Source: a virus
Taxonomy: Duplodnaviria > Caudoviricetes
Virus record (IMG/VR): IMGVR_UViG_3300027640_000010
Coordinates: 1-37,374 of that record
DNA length: 37,374 nucleotides
Reading direction: 5' to 3' (one strand)
The notes below the pieces were generated by a model, which was given only the letters and a program-made list of their open reading frames with translations, was not told the DNA's origin and searched no databases. This document shows positions 27,892-35,576 of the stretch, in pieces. Positions within the stretch are counted from its first letter, which is position 1, and every line of letters begins with the position of its first letter. Made by a program: the position numbers and the translations under genes.

Positions 27892-28155
27892 TTATAGCTG
27901 GATTAGTTTATCTTCCAGAGCTTTTACGTACGCCTTTAACTCGCTAAGTACCAGAATTTGCATAACCGCCTTTGCTTCAGCCGTTAATGGTAAGTTATCC
28001 GTACCATATTGATAACCTTGATACACAACTTTAAAGCTGTGAAAAGCCCCTTTTTCCGCTGTTTCGATAAAGTCGTAAATATCCTTTATCTGCTTTTTAA
28101 GCTTGCGGGCTTCATCTACTCGCGCACCCATATACTCTAAAGTTTGGTCATCCAT
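27892..28155 (-). CDS. Hypothetical phage protein
   Basis: 87 aa; TAATG coupling. Confidence 0.7.
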   Translation of the reverse strand: MDDQTLEYMGARVDEARKLKKQIKDIYDFIETAEKGAFHSFKVVYQGYQYGTDNLPLTAEAKAVMQILVLSELKAYVKALEDKLIQL

Positions 28156-28664
28156 TACGGTATACCCCTTTCCTTCTTAAACTCTGCTATACGGGCCGCT
28201 GCTTCGGCCTGCGTTTTGCTGTAGGGTAGACAATGACGCTTACCCCGGTAAAATACTGTAGCTGACCAACGGCCTGAAGGCTTATGAAAGCTTACGCCTT
28301 TTATTTTCTTCGGAGCTTCGGGCGCCGTGATAGTTTCAAAAAGGGGCGGCGGGCCGTCGTATTGCGCCGGTACGTTTACCATATTGGCCCTTAGACAGTT
28401 AAGGCCGTTGCCGTCCCGGTGCATTACCTTGTAACCTTTAGGGGTATTCATTATAAGCCGGTGCAAAAAGGCCAGGCTCCCGTACTTATCGAAGCGGGCA
28501 TAGGCCCTGCCTGTTCGCGGGTGCGTAAATTCCCGCAGCCAACCCGGGGTACCTTTTACTTTCTCCAGGTCTCCAACGTCTATAAGCGCTTCGGCGGGCT
28601 GTATTTCCCCCGTATTAATAAAAATTACCGCTGTATTACCCCGAATTTCATACCTGTTTTCCAT
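28155..28664 (-). CDS. HNH endonuclease with C-terminal AP2 domain
   Basis: 'LHRLIM...VMHRDGNGLNCLRANM' plus 'KGVSFHK.SGRW.A.V...GKR..L....T..EAA'. Confidence 0.88.
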   Translation of the reverse strand: MENRYEIRGNTAVIFINTGEIQPAEALIDVGDLEKVKGTPGWLREFTHPRTGRAYARFDKYGSLAFLHRLIMNTPKGYKVMHRDGNGLNCLRANMVNVPAQYDGPPPLFETITAPEAPKKIKGVSFHKPSGRWSATVFYRGKRHCLPYSKTQAEAAARIAEFKKERGIP

Positions 28665-30088
28665 TAACAGCAGGCCCCCTTATTAACTGGCTGGTCACAT
28701 AACGGGCATACGTCCAGGCCTTCCCATATCTGCGCCAGGACCGCCGCGCTTTCCGTTTCCTGGGCTACCGCTTCGGTTAATCGTCTTTCGGCAGCCCTGG
28801 CCGTTTCATTTTTAACCCGGTACTGTGCGGCCAGGTCTTTAAGCTTTGCGATACGGTCAGCCCTGGCCTGTACCTGGGCCATTAATTCTACGGCCTGCGG
28901 TATCCCCTTTAACCTGTCCAGTAGGCCTGTATAGCGTTCTATCCCTGCCATGGCTGATTTATAGTCTCCCCGAACGCTACGCATTATTTCGATACGCCAT
29001 ACGCGGCTTTCCAGGGTTTCTAATTCCGCTGCGGCTATATCCAGGTCTTTGGTTTTTGCTAAAATTTCTTCCGTTTTCTTTACTATTTGGCTGTTTTGTG
29101 TGTATAATGTGGCTAAATTGTTTAACTTATCTGTTCTGTTTAAGGCCACTTCCAGGGCGGCTACCCGGGTAGTGGCTTCTTCTATGCAGGCCAGGCGCTG
29201 TAATTCGCCGTCGTAGTAATTAACCCGGTCTACGTAGTCCCTGTGTGTATTTTTCAGCCCTTGCAGGCGGTCTATACGTACGCTGCGGGCCTCTACTGCG
29301 TCCAGGTCTTCTACCAGCTGCGGTACTTTCGCCAGGGCCTGTATTCGGTCTTCAGCTGCAAGTAGCTTAGAACGGGCGTCCTCTGATTGCGCTACCAGGC
29401 CTTTTAATTTCGCGGCCCTGGCTGCAGCCCTGTCCATTTCTGTTACCAGGTATTCGCAGGCTTCCAGTTGGGCTACCAGGTCGTCCAGGTCGGCGTATTC
29501 CTGCAGGTCAATTATTCGGGCGGCTTCGTCCTTTTCTGCCTGCTGCTTATCCTGCCGGGCTGCGTATGTGTCTTTACTGATTGCCTTTATCGCCTTGTCT
29601 ACCGCTTCGGTGCCTGCCAGTTTACCCAGTACCTTAGCCCCTGCGCTGGCCGGTTCAGAAATAAGAAATGGGGCGCCCAGCTGGTAAGCGAAGTTTAAGG
29701 CCGCTTCGAAGTCTCCAAAGCTTGTTACTGTCATTCCCAGCGCGTCGGTTACTTCGGGCGGCGTTTCGGCCTGCTCCAGCGGTTCGGCCATTGTTGCCAG
29801 GGTGAAGGCCGTTTTACCTTTGCGGCGCTTTTTCGTTATTAAGTTGTCAGCAGTTGCTATACCTACTTCGGCAAAATCGGCCTGTTCTAAGATTTCGCCG
29901 TTTTCGTCCCTGCGGGTGAATATGAAAGTTTCCCCGGCAGGCTCCCCCAGGGCTACCCAACGTATAGCCCGTATTAAGCTTGTCTTACCGTTACCGCTGG
30001 GGCCGGTAATCACGTTAAGCCCGGGGCAGAATTTAAAGACACTGTTTACATGCGATTGGTACCCGTTTATTCGTACTTCTTCTAGCAG
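28664..30088 (-). CDS. Rad50/SbcC N-terminal half (Walker A, Q-loop, coiled coil, zinc hook); probable CTG start
   Basis: Frame extends upstream to (L)LEEVRINGYQSHVNSVFKFCPGLNVITGPSGNGKT; AGGAGG RBS before CTG at 30088; ends CPLCDQPVNKGACC. Confidence 0.88.
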   Translation of the reverse strand: MLEEVRINGYQSHVNSVFKFCPGLNVITGPSGNGKTSLIRAIRWVALGEPAGETFIFTRRDENGEILEQADFAEVGIATADNLITKKRRKGKTAFTLATMAEPLEQAETPPEVTDALGMTVTSFGDFEAALNFAYQLGAPFLISEPASAGAKVLGKLAGTEAVDKAIKAISKDTYAARQDKQQAEKDEAARIIDLQEYADLDDLVAQLEACEYLVTEMDRAAARAAKLKGLVAQSEDARSKLLAAEDRIQALAKVPQLVEDLDAVEARSVRIDRLQGLKNTHRDYVDRVNYYDGELQRLACIEEATTRVAALEVALNRTDKLNNLATLYTQNSQIVKKTEEILAKTKDLDIAAAELETLESRVWRIEIMRSVRGDYKSAMAGIERYTGLLDRLKGIPQAVELMAQVQARADRIAKLKDLAAQYRVKNETARAAERRLTEAVAQETESAAVLAQIWEGLDVCPLCDQPVNKGACC

Positions 30089-30248
30089 CGTTACCGCCTC
30101 CTATACATAGAACATTCCCCGCTTTCTTTACTACCCTGCGCGTCATCATGCTATAAGCCCGTTTATATTCCCTACAACATTCAAGCAATTCCCGGGCAGT
30201 TAGCAACCGGCTTACGTATAGAATTCGCTGGTCGGTTATTGTGTTCAC
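30033..30248 (-). CDS. Hypothetical early protein
   Basis: GTG with AAGGGGG RBS directly after cro; overlaps the sbcC-N start. Confidence 0.45.
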   Translation of the reverse strand: MNTITDQRILYVSRLLTARELLECCREYKRAYSMMTRRVVKKAGNVLCIGGGNAARRSTNKRVPIACKQCL

Positions 30249-30292
30249 CCCCCTTCATTTGATAATTAGTTATGTAGTTTTCAAGCCGGTTT

Positions 30293-30535
30293 TTAATGCG
30301 TTTCGCAGTATGTAGGCAGAAAAAAATAAGTTACGTCTTTAGGATTAATCTCCAGTATTGTAGCTATTGTCTCCATTTCCGGCCCACTCATGGCGTAAAA
30401 ACCATTAATCTTATCACTTAGCGTATTTACCGCAATGCCCAGGTCAGCCGCTAATTTTCGGTACGAAGTTTTTTTCTCCCTTATCCTACCCTTTAAAGCG
30501 GTAAGCTCGGGATACTTTCTTTTTTTCTCAGCCAT
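30293..30535 (-). CDS. cro: Cro-like XRE HTH regulator
   Basis: 'LKGRIREK..SYRKLA..LGI...TLS.KING' HTH; divergent from the repressor. Confidence 0.88.
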   Translation of the reverse strand: MAEKKRKYPELTALKGRIREKKTSYRKLAADLGIAVNTLSDKINGFYAMSGPEMETIATILEINPKDVTYFFLPTYCETH

Positions 30536-30565
30536 GAGTCACACCCCCTTTATTCATTTTTCTAC

Positions 30566-30689
30566 TGCGTTTCGCATCGTATTAAAAATTATTATAGGCA
30601 GGTGGTCGAAATATGTCAATGCATAACGCAGCATTTTACAAAATTTTTTAAACATTTTTATTGCATTTATCAATGTTTAGATATATAAT
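30566..30689. promoter_or_regulatory. Lysis/lysogeny switch: back-to-back promoters and TGC-N5-GCA operators
   Basis: Minus strand TTGACA (30619-30614)-17-TATAAT (30596-30591); plus strand TTGCAT (30661)-17-TATAAT (30684); operators at 30566-30576 and 30620-30630. Confidence 0.85.
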
Positions 30690-30716
30690 AACAGTTCAGA
30701 AGGGGGTAAATATTTC

Positions 30717-31349
30717 GTGGGCAAATATTTTGATAAAAACCTATTCGGAAAAAGACTATTGGAATTAATGGCTGATAACAACGACACTACTTACAGCTTA
30801 GGTGAATATCTGCATTTGAATAATACTACAATATCCAGATACACCACCGGAGATATAGCGCCTAAAATTCCTACTGTTCAAGCGATAGCTGAAAAATACG
30901 GTATAAATCCAGCCTGGTTAATGGGTACTGCGGGGGCCGGTAAATATGCCGAAAAAGACCAAACGGCCAAAAGAATACCCATATTAGGTACAATAGCGGC
31001 GGGGGCGCCCATACTGGCCCAGGAATATATAGAAGGCTACGAATACGTACCGGAAGACACGAAAGCAGATTTTTGTCTAAGGGTTAAAGGGGATTCTATG
31101 ATAGGGGCGCGCATTCTCGACGGCGATTTAGTTTATATCCGTCAACAGCCAGAGGTAGAAAACGGCGAAATTGCAGCTGTTATTATAAACGGGGAGGAGG
31201 CGACGCTTAAACGAGTATATAAGCTTAACGGTACAATTATCCTACGCGCTGAAAATCCTAATTATCCAGACCGTACATTTAGCAAAAAAGAAACCAAAAT
31301 TATTAATATTATTGGTAAGGCAGTATTTTTTAAATCAGAGGTGAAGTAG
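30717..31349 (+). CDS. cI: CI-type repressor (HTH plus S24 autopeptidase)
   Basis: N-terminal HTH; 'IAAG' cleavage site; 'GDSM' catalytic Ser; 'TLKR' catalytic Lys. Confidence 0.93.
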   Translation: MGKYFDKNLFGKRLLELMADNNDTTYSLGEYLHLNNTTISRYTTGDIAPKIPTVQAIAEKYGINPAWLMGTAGAGKYAEKDQTAKRIPILGTIAAGAPILAQEYIEGYEYVPEDTKADFCLRVKGDSMIGARILDGDLVYIRQQPEVENGEIAAVIINGEEATLKRVYKLNGTIILRAENPNYPDRTFSKKETKIINIIGKAVFFKSEVK

Positions 31350-31350
31350 A

Positions 31351-32490
31351 TTGGCTAGTATTAAAAAACTCCCTAACGGGACATACCAGGCCACTATTTA
31401 CGCGGGCCGTGATGCAAACGGTAAATTTTTACGTAAATATGTTACTAAACCCACATTAAAAGAATGCAAAGCAGCTGCCCGGGAAATTGAACAGGAATTA
31501 GAAGACGGTAAATTTATTCATGTAGGAAATACCAGGGTAACAGCATGGGTTGATAAGTGGCTAGAAATTAACAAAGAACGGCTTTCACCCAGTACCTACG
31601 CATTATACAAAACATATCAAAAACTACACTATACCCCATTTTTTAGCCGTTTTAAGCTTAATCAACTAAGCGAAATACACATTAAGGAATTTATGAATTC
31701 TAAACAAAAAGATTTAACTAATGCTAGTGTACGTCGTATAATGTCTACTCTTAAAAGAATACTTGAAGACGCTTTAAAGCACAAAAGCCCGGCCCGGGAT
31801 ATTAAGTTACCGAAAGCTGAAAAATACCAACCAAAAGTACCAACTGAAAACGAAATGCAGTTAATACATGACGCGGTTAAAGGTACCCGAGATGAACCCA
31901 TAATTCTACTGGCCGCGTGGTGTGGATTACGGCGGGGAGAAATATTTGCCTTAAAATGGAATGACGTCAACTGGAAAGAAGGCACTTTACGGGTAGACGA
32001 AAGCTACTGCATAACAGAAGAATGCGAATATGTGGATAAACGCCCTAAGTCCGAAAACGGATTACGCCAGGTAGTTGTTCCTGCATACTTACTGGGGCTA
32101 TTAGAAAATCTACGTAAACCAAAAGAGAAGAAAAAGAAGAAAGGCCAGGAAAATATTGTAGAGTTAAACCAAGGCAAAGACGAAAAAGCCGACCATAGGA
32201 TATTTGATATGCGTCCAGATAGTTATTCCAGCTACTTCGCAGAATTAGTACGGGAAAAAGAATTACCCCAAATTAGATTTCACGACCTCCGACATTATCA
32301 CGCCAGCTGGTTATACGCCCGAGGCGTACCCGACCAATACGCAGCCCAGCGTTTAGGACATGACATACAAATATTAAAAACCATTTACCAGCACCTGGGC
32401 CTAGACCGAAAGGCCGAAATAGACGACAACATACGGCATATGTTCGATAATCCAAAGATACAGGAAGACCAGGAAAAAGCCCAGGAATAA
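31351..32490 (+). CDS. int: Tyrosine recombinase (phage integrase)
   Basis: 'GLRRGE', 'PKS', 'FHDLRH', 'LGH' and catalytic Tyr in 'IYQH'; N-terminal arm-binding domain. Confidence 0.96.
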   Translation: MASIKKLPNGTYQATIYAGRDANGKFLRKYVTKPTLKECKAAAREIEQELEDGKFIHVGNTRVTAWVDKWLEINKERLSPSTYALYKTYQKLHYTPFFSRFKLNQLSEIHIKEFMNSKQKDLTNASVRRIMSTLKRILEDALKHKSPARDIKLPKAEKYQPKVPTENEMQLIHDAVKGTRDEPIILLAAWCGLRRGEIFALKWNDVNWKEGTLRVDESYCITEECEYVDKRPKSENGLRQVVVPAYLLGLLENLRKPKEKKKKKGQENIVELNQGKDEKADHRIFDMRPDSYSSYFAELVREKELPQIRFHDLRHYHASWLYARGVPDQYAAQRLGHDIQILKTIYQHLGLDRKAEIDDNIRHMFDNPKIQEDQEKAQE

Positions 32491-32511
32491 AGGCCTTCAA
32501 AAGATACCCAT

Positions 32512-32533
32512 ACCGCACAGATAACCGCACAGA
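32512..32533 (+). repeat. Candidate integrase arm-type binding sites
   Basis: Tandem ACCGCACAGA x2 between int and the att core. Confidence 0.55.
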
Positions 32534-32669
32534 ATATTAAGATTCGTTTTTATAATGTTTAAGAATGTCCTAACATTGCGTCGGGCGCAGTAAATTTAAT
32601 TAAATTATCGTACCCCAAAAGCCGCCCCACCGCTATATTTAAAATTTGCTGCGCCCGGCGAAACAAATC

Positions 32670-32717
32670 ACCTTGGGGTGGTAGAGGCCGCACGTTCAAG
32701 TCGTGTCGCTCCGACCA
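32670..32717 (+). other. att core: displaced 3' half of tRNA-Pro(GGG)
   Basis: ACC-TTGGGGT-GGTAG anticodon loop, T-arm GCACG-TTCAAGT-CGTGT, acceptor 3' strand and CCA; no D-arm or 5' acceptor strand upstream. Confidence 0.9.
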
Positions 32718-32721
32718 GTCA

Positions 32722-32759
32722 TAAAGACCCGCTAAACCAATTGGTTTTGCGGGTCTTTA
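32722..32759 (+). terminator. Hairpin/terminator of the original host tRNA gene
   Basis: TAAAGACCCGC...GCGGGTCTTTA inverted repeat immediately after CCA. Confidence 0.75.
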
Positions 32760-32859
32760 CTTTCAAGATAACATATCATTAATAATGACCAATTTTAAAT
32801 GCCATCCAGCTAACCCACCCCTAAAGCCGGTTAGCTCACCTATGAGGTGGACTGACTCA

Positions 32860-33020
32860 AAATTTGACCGAAATAATCTCCATATAAGCGTCAAGCGTCA
32901 GGCCGAATTGTTTAACATCAATCGCACCAGCTTATACCGCCAGCCCCTGAAGAAAAGCCCATCTCTGATGAGGACTTATTTGTAATGCGCCGGATCGATG
33001 AAATCCACACGGCCCACCTA
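32860..33020 (+). pseudogene. IS3-family transposase (OrfB N-terminal) remnant
   Basis: 'ISVKRQAELFNINRTSLYRQP' then, in a shifted frame, 'MRRIDEIHTAH'; truncated, no DDE domain. Confidence 0.75.
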
Positions 33021-33097
33021 AATGGCCCTTTTCTCCCCGCAGAAGTTAAAAATATGCGTCTGCAAGCGGGTTTTATTGCCAGGGCATTTCCTATTTC

Positions 33098-33126
33098 TTG
33101 ACAATCCCTTTAACGGGATATATTAT
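33098..33126 (+). promoter_or_regulatory. Strong sigma-A promoter
   Basis: TTGACA-17 nt-TATTAT. Confidence 0.8.
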
Positions 33127-33132
33127 TTACTT

Positions 33133-33442
33133 AAAGAGTTATCATCCCTTTTTTAGTGGGAATACTGGAAACTGAGGAACGGCGATGGTGCCTCACTTCA
33201 ACCGGGGCTTCAAGGTTTCCCCGGGTTGTCGCAAGCAACCCGGGGAAACGCTATTTAACCGCCAAGTTTACAATTGACACCACAAGGGTTAGTCCGAGGA
33301 GTAGGGCGCACCGCACAAGAAAAATTTTCCTCCAACCTGCCTATGATTTCCTTGGGTATATTTACCGGTAACTCTATTACATCGGTGGCGGCAGGTAAGA
33401 TTATGCCGTTGAAAGAGAAAAGGCCAGGTTATTAACCTGGCC
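33133..33442 (+). ncRNA. Candidate structured non-coding RNA of unknown family
   Basis: Follows the promoter; no credible ORF; 5'/3' closing stem, 14-bp hairpin, several smaller stems and a possible pseudoknot. Confidence 0.55.
33415..33442 (-). terminator. Terminator of the SLH gene (possibly bidirectional)
   Basis: GGCCAGGTTA-T-TAACCTGGCC; U-rich tail on the minus strand. Confidence 0.75.
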
Positions 33443-33466
33443 CCTCAAGTCTAATACTATTAATTC

Positions 33467-34834
33467 TTATTCCCTGGTGGTAAAGCTCCAGTCTTCCCCG
33501 TCGAGCCCCTCGAATTCTTCACCGGATTCTTCCGATTCGAGGTAGCCGTCCTTGATGGTTACCTCATAAGTGTCGCTTCTGTCAAGGTCTTCTTCCAGGG
33601 TTATGACCAGTTCATCACCGTCAATTTCCACCATGTCGATTTCTACTTCTTTAGCTTCGTCCTTGTTGTAGACCACTACAGCGTCCACCAGGCTGTCTGA
33701 CTCGATATCGCAGTTAAAAGTAGCCCTGAGTACATTGGTGTCTTCCCAGTCAACGTCATCTTCACCGTTTTCAGGGTCCAGGTTCTCAATTTCTACTTTC
33801 TCCTCTTCATCGCCGGTGGTGAATTCCCACTGGCTGCCGCTTAAGCCCTCAAATACTTCATCCGAATCTTCCGCTTTGATGATGTCATCTTCTATTGTTA
33901 CTTTATAAGTAGTATCCTCTTCAAGTTCTTCATCAAGCTCAATCTTCAGGTATGTGCCGTCAATAGAAACCTCTTCGATATCTACAATTTCCCCGTCTTC
34001 GCTCTCAATTTCGATGCCTTCCTTCACGTCATCCAGTGTGTCCACAGCCTCAATTTCCACATTGAATTTAGCCGTGAGCTTATCGATATCAATCGCTACA
34101 TTGTCACTGCCATCGGCAGGGACGAGTCTTGAAATTTTCACTACTTCCTTGCTGTCATCATCACTGTCATCGTCGTCAACCGGCCCTACCTCAAGGATTC
34201 TGTAGATGATGGACGCCAGTTCAGCCCTGGTCACCGGCTTGTTCGGAGCAAATACTTTACCGGGGTAGCCAACCATGTACTGGTACCTATACATGGAGGC
34301 TACATAACACCTTGCATAGGCCGGTATTTCGTTGATGTCATTGAAGATCAGTTTGTCATCATCTTCTTCAAGGCCCATGGCCCTTACCGCCCAGACCGCC
34401 ACTTCATACCGCTTGGCGGGCTGCCGGCCGGTCAGGTCTTCCGACTCGTCCTTTGTAAGAATACCTTCGTCCACTGCGTAGTCGATCATAGCTTCCAGAC
34501 TGTCGTTCCAGGAAAGGTTTGTATCAGCCTCGTAGCCGGAGGCCCTGGCGATCATCATCAGTGCCTCGTACTTGCTTACCGGGGTATTTGGTTTAAACGA
34601 AAAATCCGGATAACCTGAAATCATCCCCCAGGAAGCCATACTGCGGATAGATTTTTCCGCCCAGTGGGAATTGATATCAACCAGTTGAACATTAACTTTT
34701 ACAGTACGCGGCTCCTTAAATTTCCATTTTTTTCCGTGTGCCCCATTCTTCCCCGGGTCGGCACCGGCGGTAGTTGCGACTCCAAAAACCAAAAGAGCTG
34801 CCAGTATCAGTGAAATGACTCCCTTTTTAATCAA
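33467..34834 (-). CDS. Secreted S-layer homology (SLH) protein with two acidic Ig-like (Big_5) domains
   Basis: Signal peptide; SLH motifs 'HWA..GYPD.SFKPN' and 'GYPG..FAPN..VTRAE'; repeated 'P.DG..V...L...FN...Y.VTI...W.FTT'. Confidence 0.9.
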   Translation of the reverse strand: MIKKGVISLILAALLVFGVATTAGADPGKNGAHGKKWKFKEPRTVKVNVQLVDINSHWAEKSIRSMASWGMISGYPDFSFKPNTPVSKYEALMMIARASGYEADTNLSWNDSLEAMIDYAVDEGILTKDESEDLTGRQPAKRYEVAVWAVRAMGLEEDDDKLIFNDINEIPAYARCYVASMYRYQYMVGYPGKVFAPNKPVTRAELASIIYRILEVGPVDDDDSDDDSKEVVKISRLVPADGSDNVAIDIDKLTAKFNVEIEAVDTLDDVKEGIEIESEDGEIVDIEEVSIDGTYLKIELDEELEEDTTYKVTIEDDIIKAEDSDEVFEGLSGSQWEFTTGDEEEKVEIENLDPENGEDDVDWEDTNVLRATFNCDIESDSLVDAVVVYNKDEAKEVEIDMVEIDGDELVITLEEDLDRSDTYEVTIKDGYLESEESGEEFEGLDGEDWSFTTRE

Positions 34835-34950
34835 GACTTATACCTCCTGAACAATTTTAAATCAACAATTATTAAACCCACAGAACAATTGGCCGATAGT
34901 TTTCCCTAATCTCATCCCGCCTTTCACGAATACCCTTTTTACTTTATTCA

Positions 34951-34979
34951 TACGACGTGCGTTCGCATTTAATGGGGGT
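34951..34979 (-). promoter_or_regulatory. Candidate SigI-type promoter of the SLH gene
   Basis: ACCCCC-19 nt-CGTA on the minus strand. Confidence 0.5.
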
Positions 34980-35053
34980 CCATTTAACCTTGATTCCTAC
35001 CAATTTGTTCAATAATAACAAATATAAAGCCTCTATTTTCCTGGGAATTATCA

Positions 35054-35080
35054 GAGCCGTATTCATGTTGAATACGGCTC
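35054..35080. terminator. 12-bp hairpin, probable terminator
   Basis: GAGCCGTATTCA-TGT-TGAATACGGCTC. Confidence 0.55.
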
Positions 35081-35102
35081 ACAATAGCTTTCTTTTCTTC
35101 CT

Positions 35103-35393
35103 TTATCCTGCTGAGCTTTGCCAGCTCCCATGATCAGCAACGTGGGCGGTTGCTGCAGCGTGACCGGCGGCACGGGCGGCGGCGCAAGCTGCAGCTTGAT
35201 TGGTATCGCGAGCAGCGGCGTGGGCGGCAAATGCGGCAGTGCGAGCTTCTCTCATGGCTATTTCACCACGCACCCAGGCACGCCCTGCTTCGATAGCTTT
35301 TCGAGGTCGGTTGTCTTTCGGGTACTTCTCCTCGAAATATGGGAGTACATGCTCGGCGCAGTCAGTGGCCCAGAGCACCAATGTTCTGTGATC
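35103..35393 (-). pseudogene. Imm5-like (putative immunity protein) fragment
   Basis: 'HRTLVLWATDCAEHVLPYFE...D.RPR.AIEA.RAW.RGE...AHAAAR...AARAAGHA.ATAHV..H'; no clean start and an abrupt C-terminus. Confidence 0.65.
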
Positions 35394-35576
35394 CCGCTTG
35401 ATATTTGGCTTTGGTTTATTAATCTCCTGCCCAAATAAAAAAAATGATTCAATTCGGGAACGGTTCGGGCAGATAACGCAATGAGGACAGCAGCGGCAAA
35501 AAAATAATTTACAGCCCTCACTTTACCATTTAACTGCTATAATTTAGGACAGGAGTAAGCAGGTGGAGGTATACCG

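Larger units (their letters stand above)
1..32717. mobile_element. Temperate prophage (right-hand part) integrated at tRNA-Pro; phBC6A51-like gene content
   Basis: Contiguous head, packaging, replication, recombination, CI/Cro and integrase genes ending at a 3' tRNA-Pro fragment; word usage (GATC depletion) changes abruptly at this boundary. Confidence 0.96.

Noticed and set aside
27622-28664. Group I intron or intein joining the two Rad50 halves
   Set aside because: The gap is fully occupied by three RBS-bearing ORFs, leaving no room for a ribozyme core; there are no intein motifs, and the C-half has its own RBS.
368-30626. Numerous plus-strand ORFs across the prophage
   Set aside because: Antisense shadows of well-supported minus-strand genes, lacking RBSs and motifs.
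32640-32717. Complete tRNA-Pro gene
   Set aside because: Only the part from the anticodon loop to CCA is present; upstream sequence cannot form the D-arm or acceptor stem, so it is an att remnant.
33181-33285. Fluoride (crcB) riboswitch-like words GGCGATGGTG...TGACACC
   Set aside because: The local P1 partner is absent, the spacing is far too long, and there is no downstream same-strand gene.
33156-33371. 71-aa ORF downstream of the strong promoter
   Set aside because: GTG start without an RBS and no recognisable protein features; the sequence is better explained by RNA stems.
35103-35393. Imm5-like gene as immunity partner of the MuF toxin
   Set aside because: It lies outside the prophage, about 30 kb away, appears truncated, and this family is commonly orphan.
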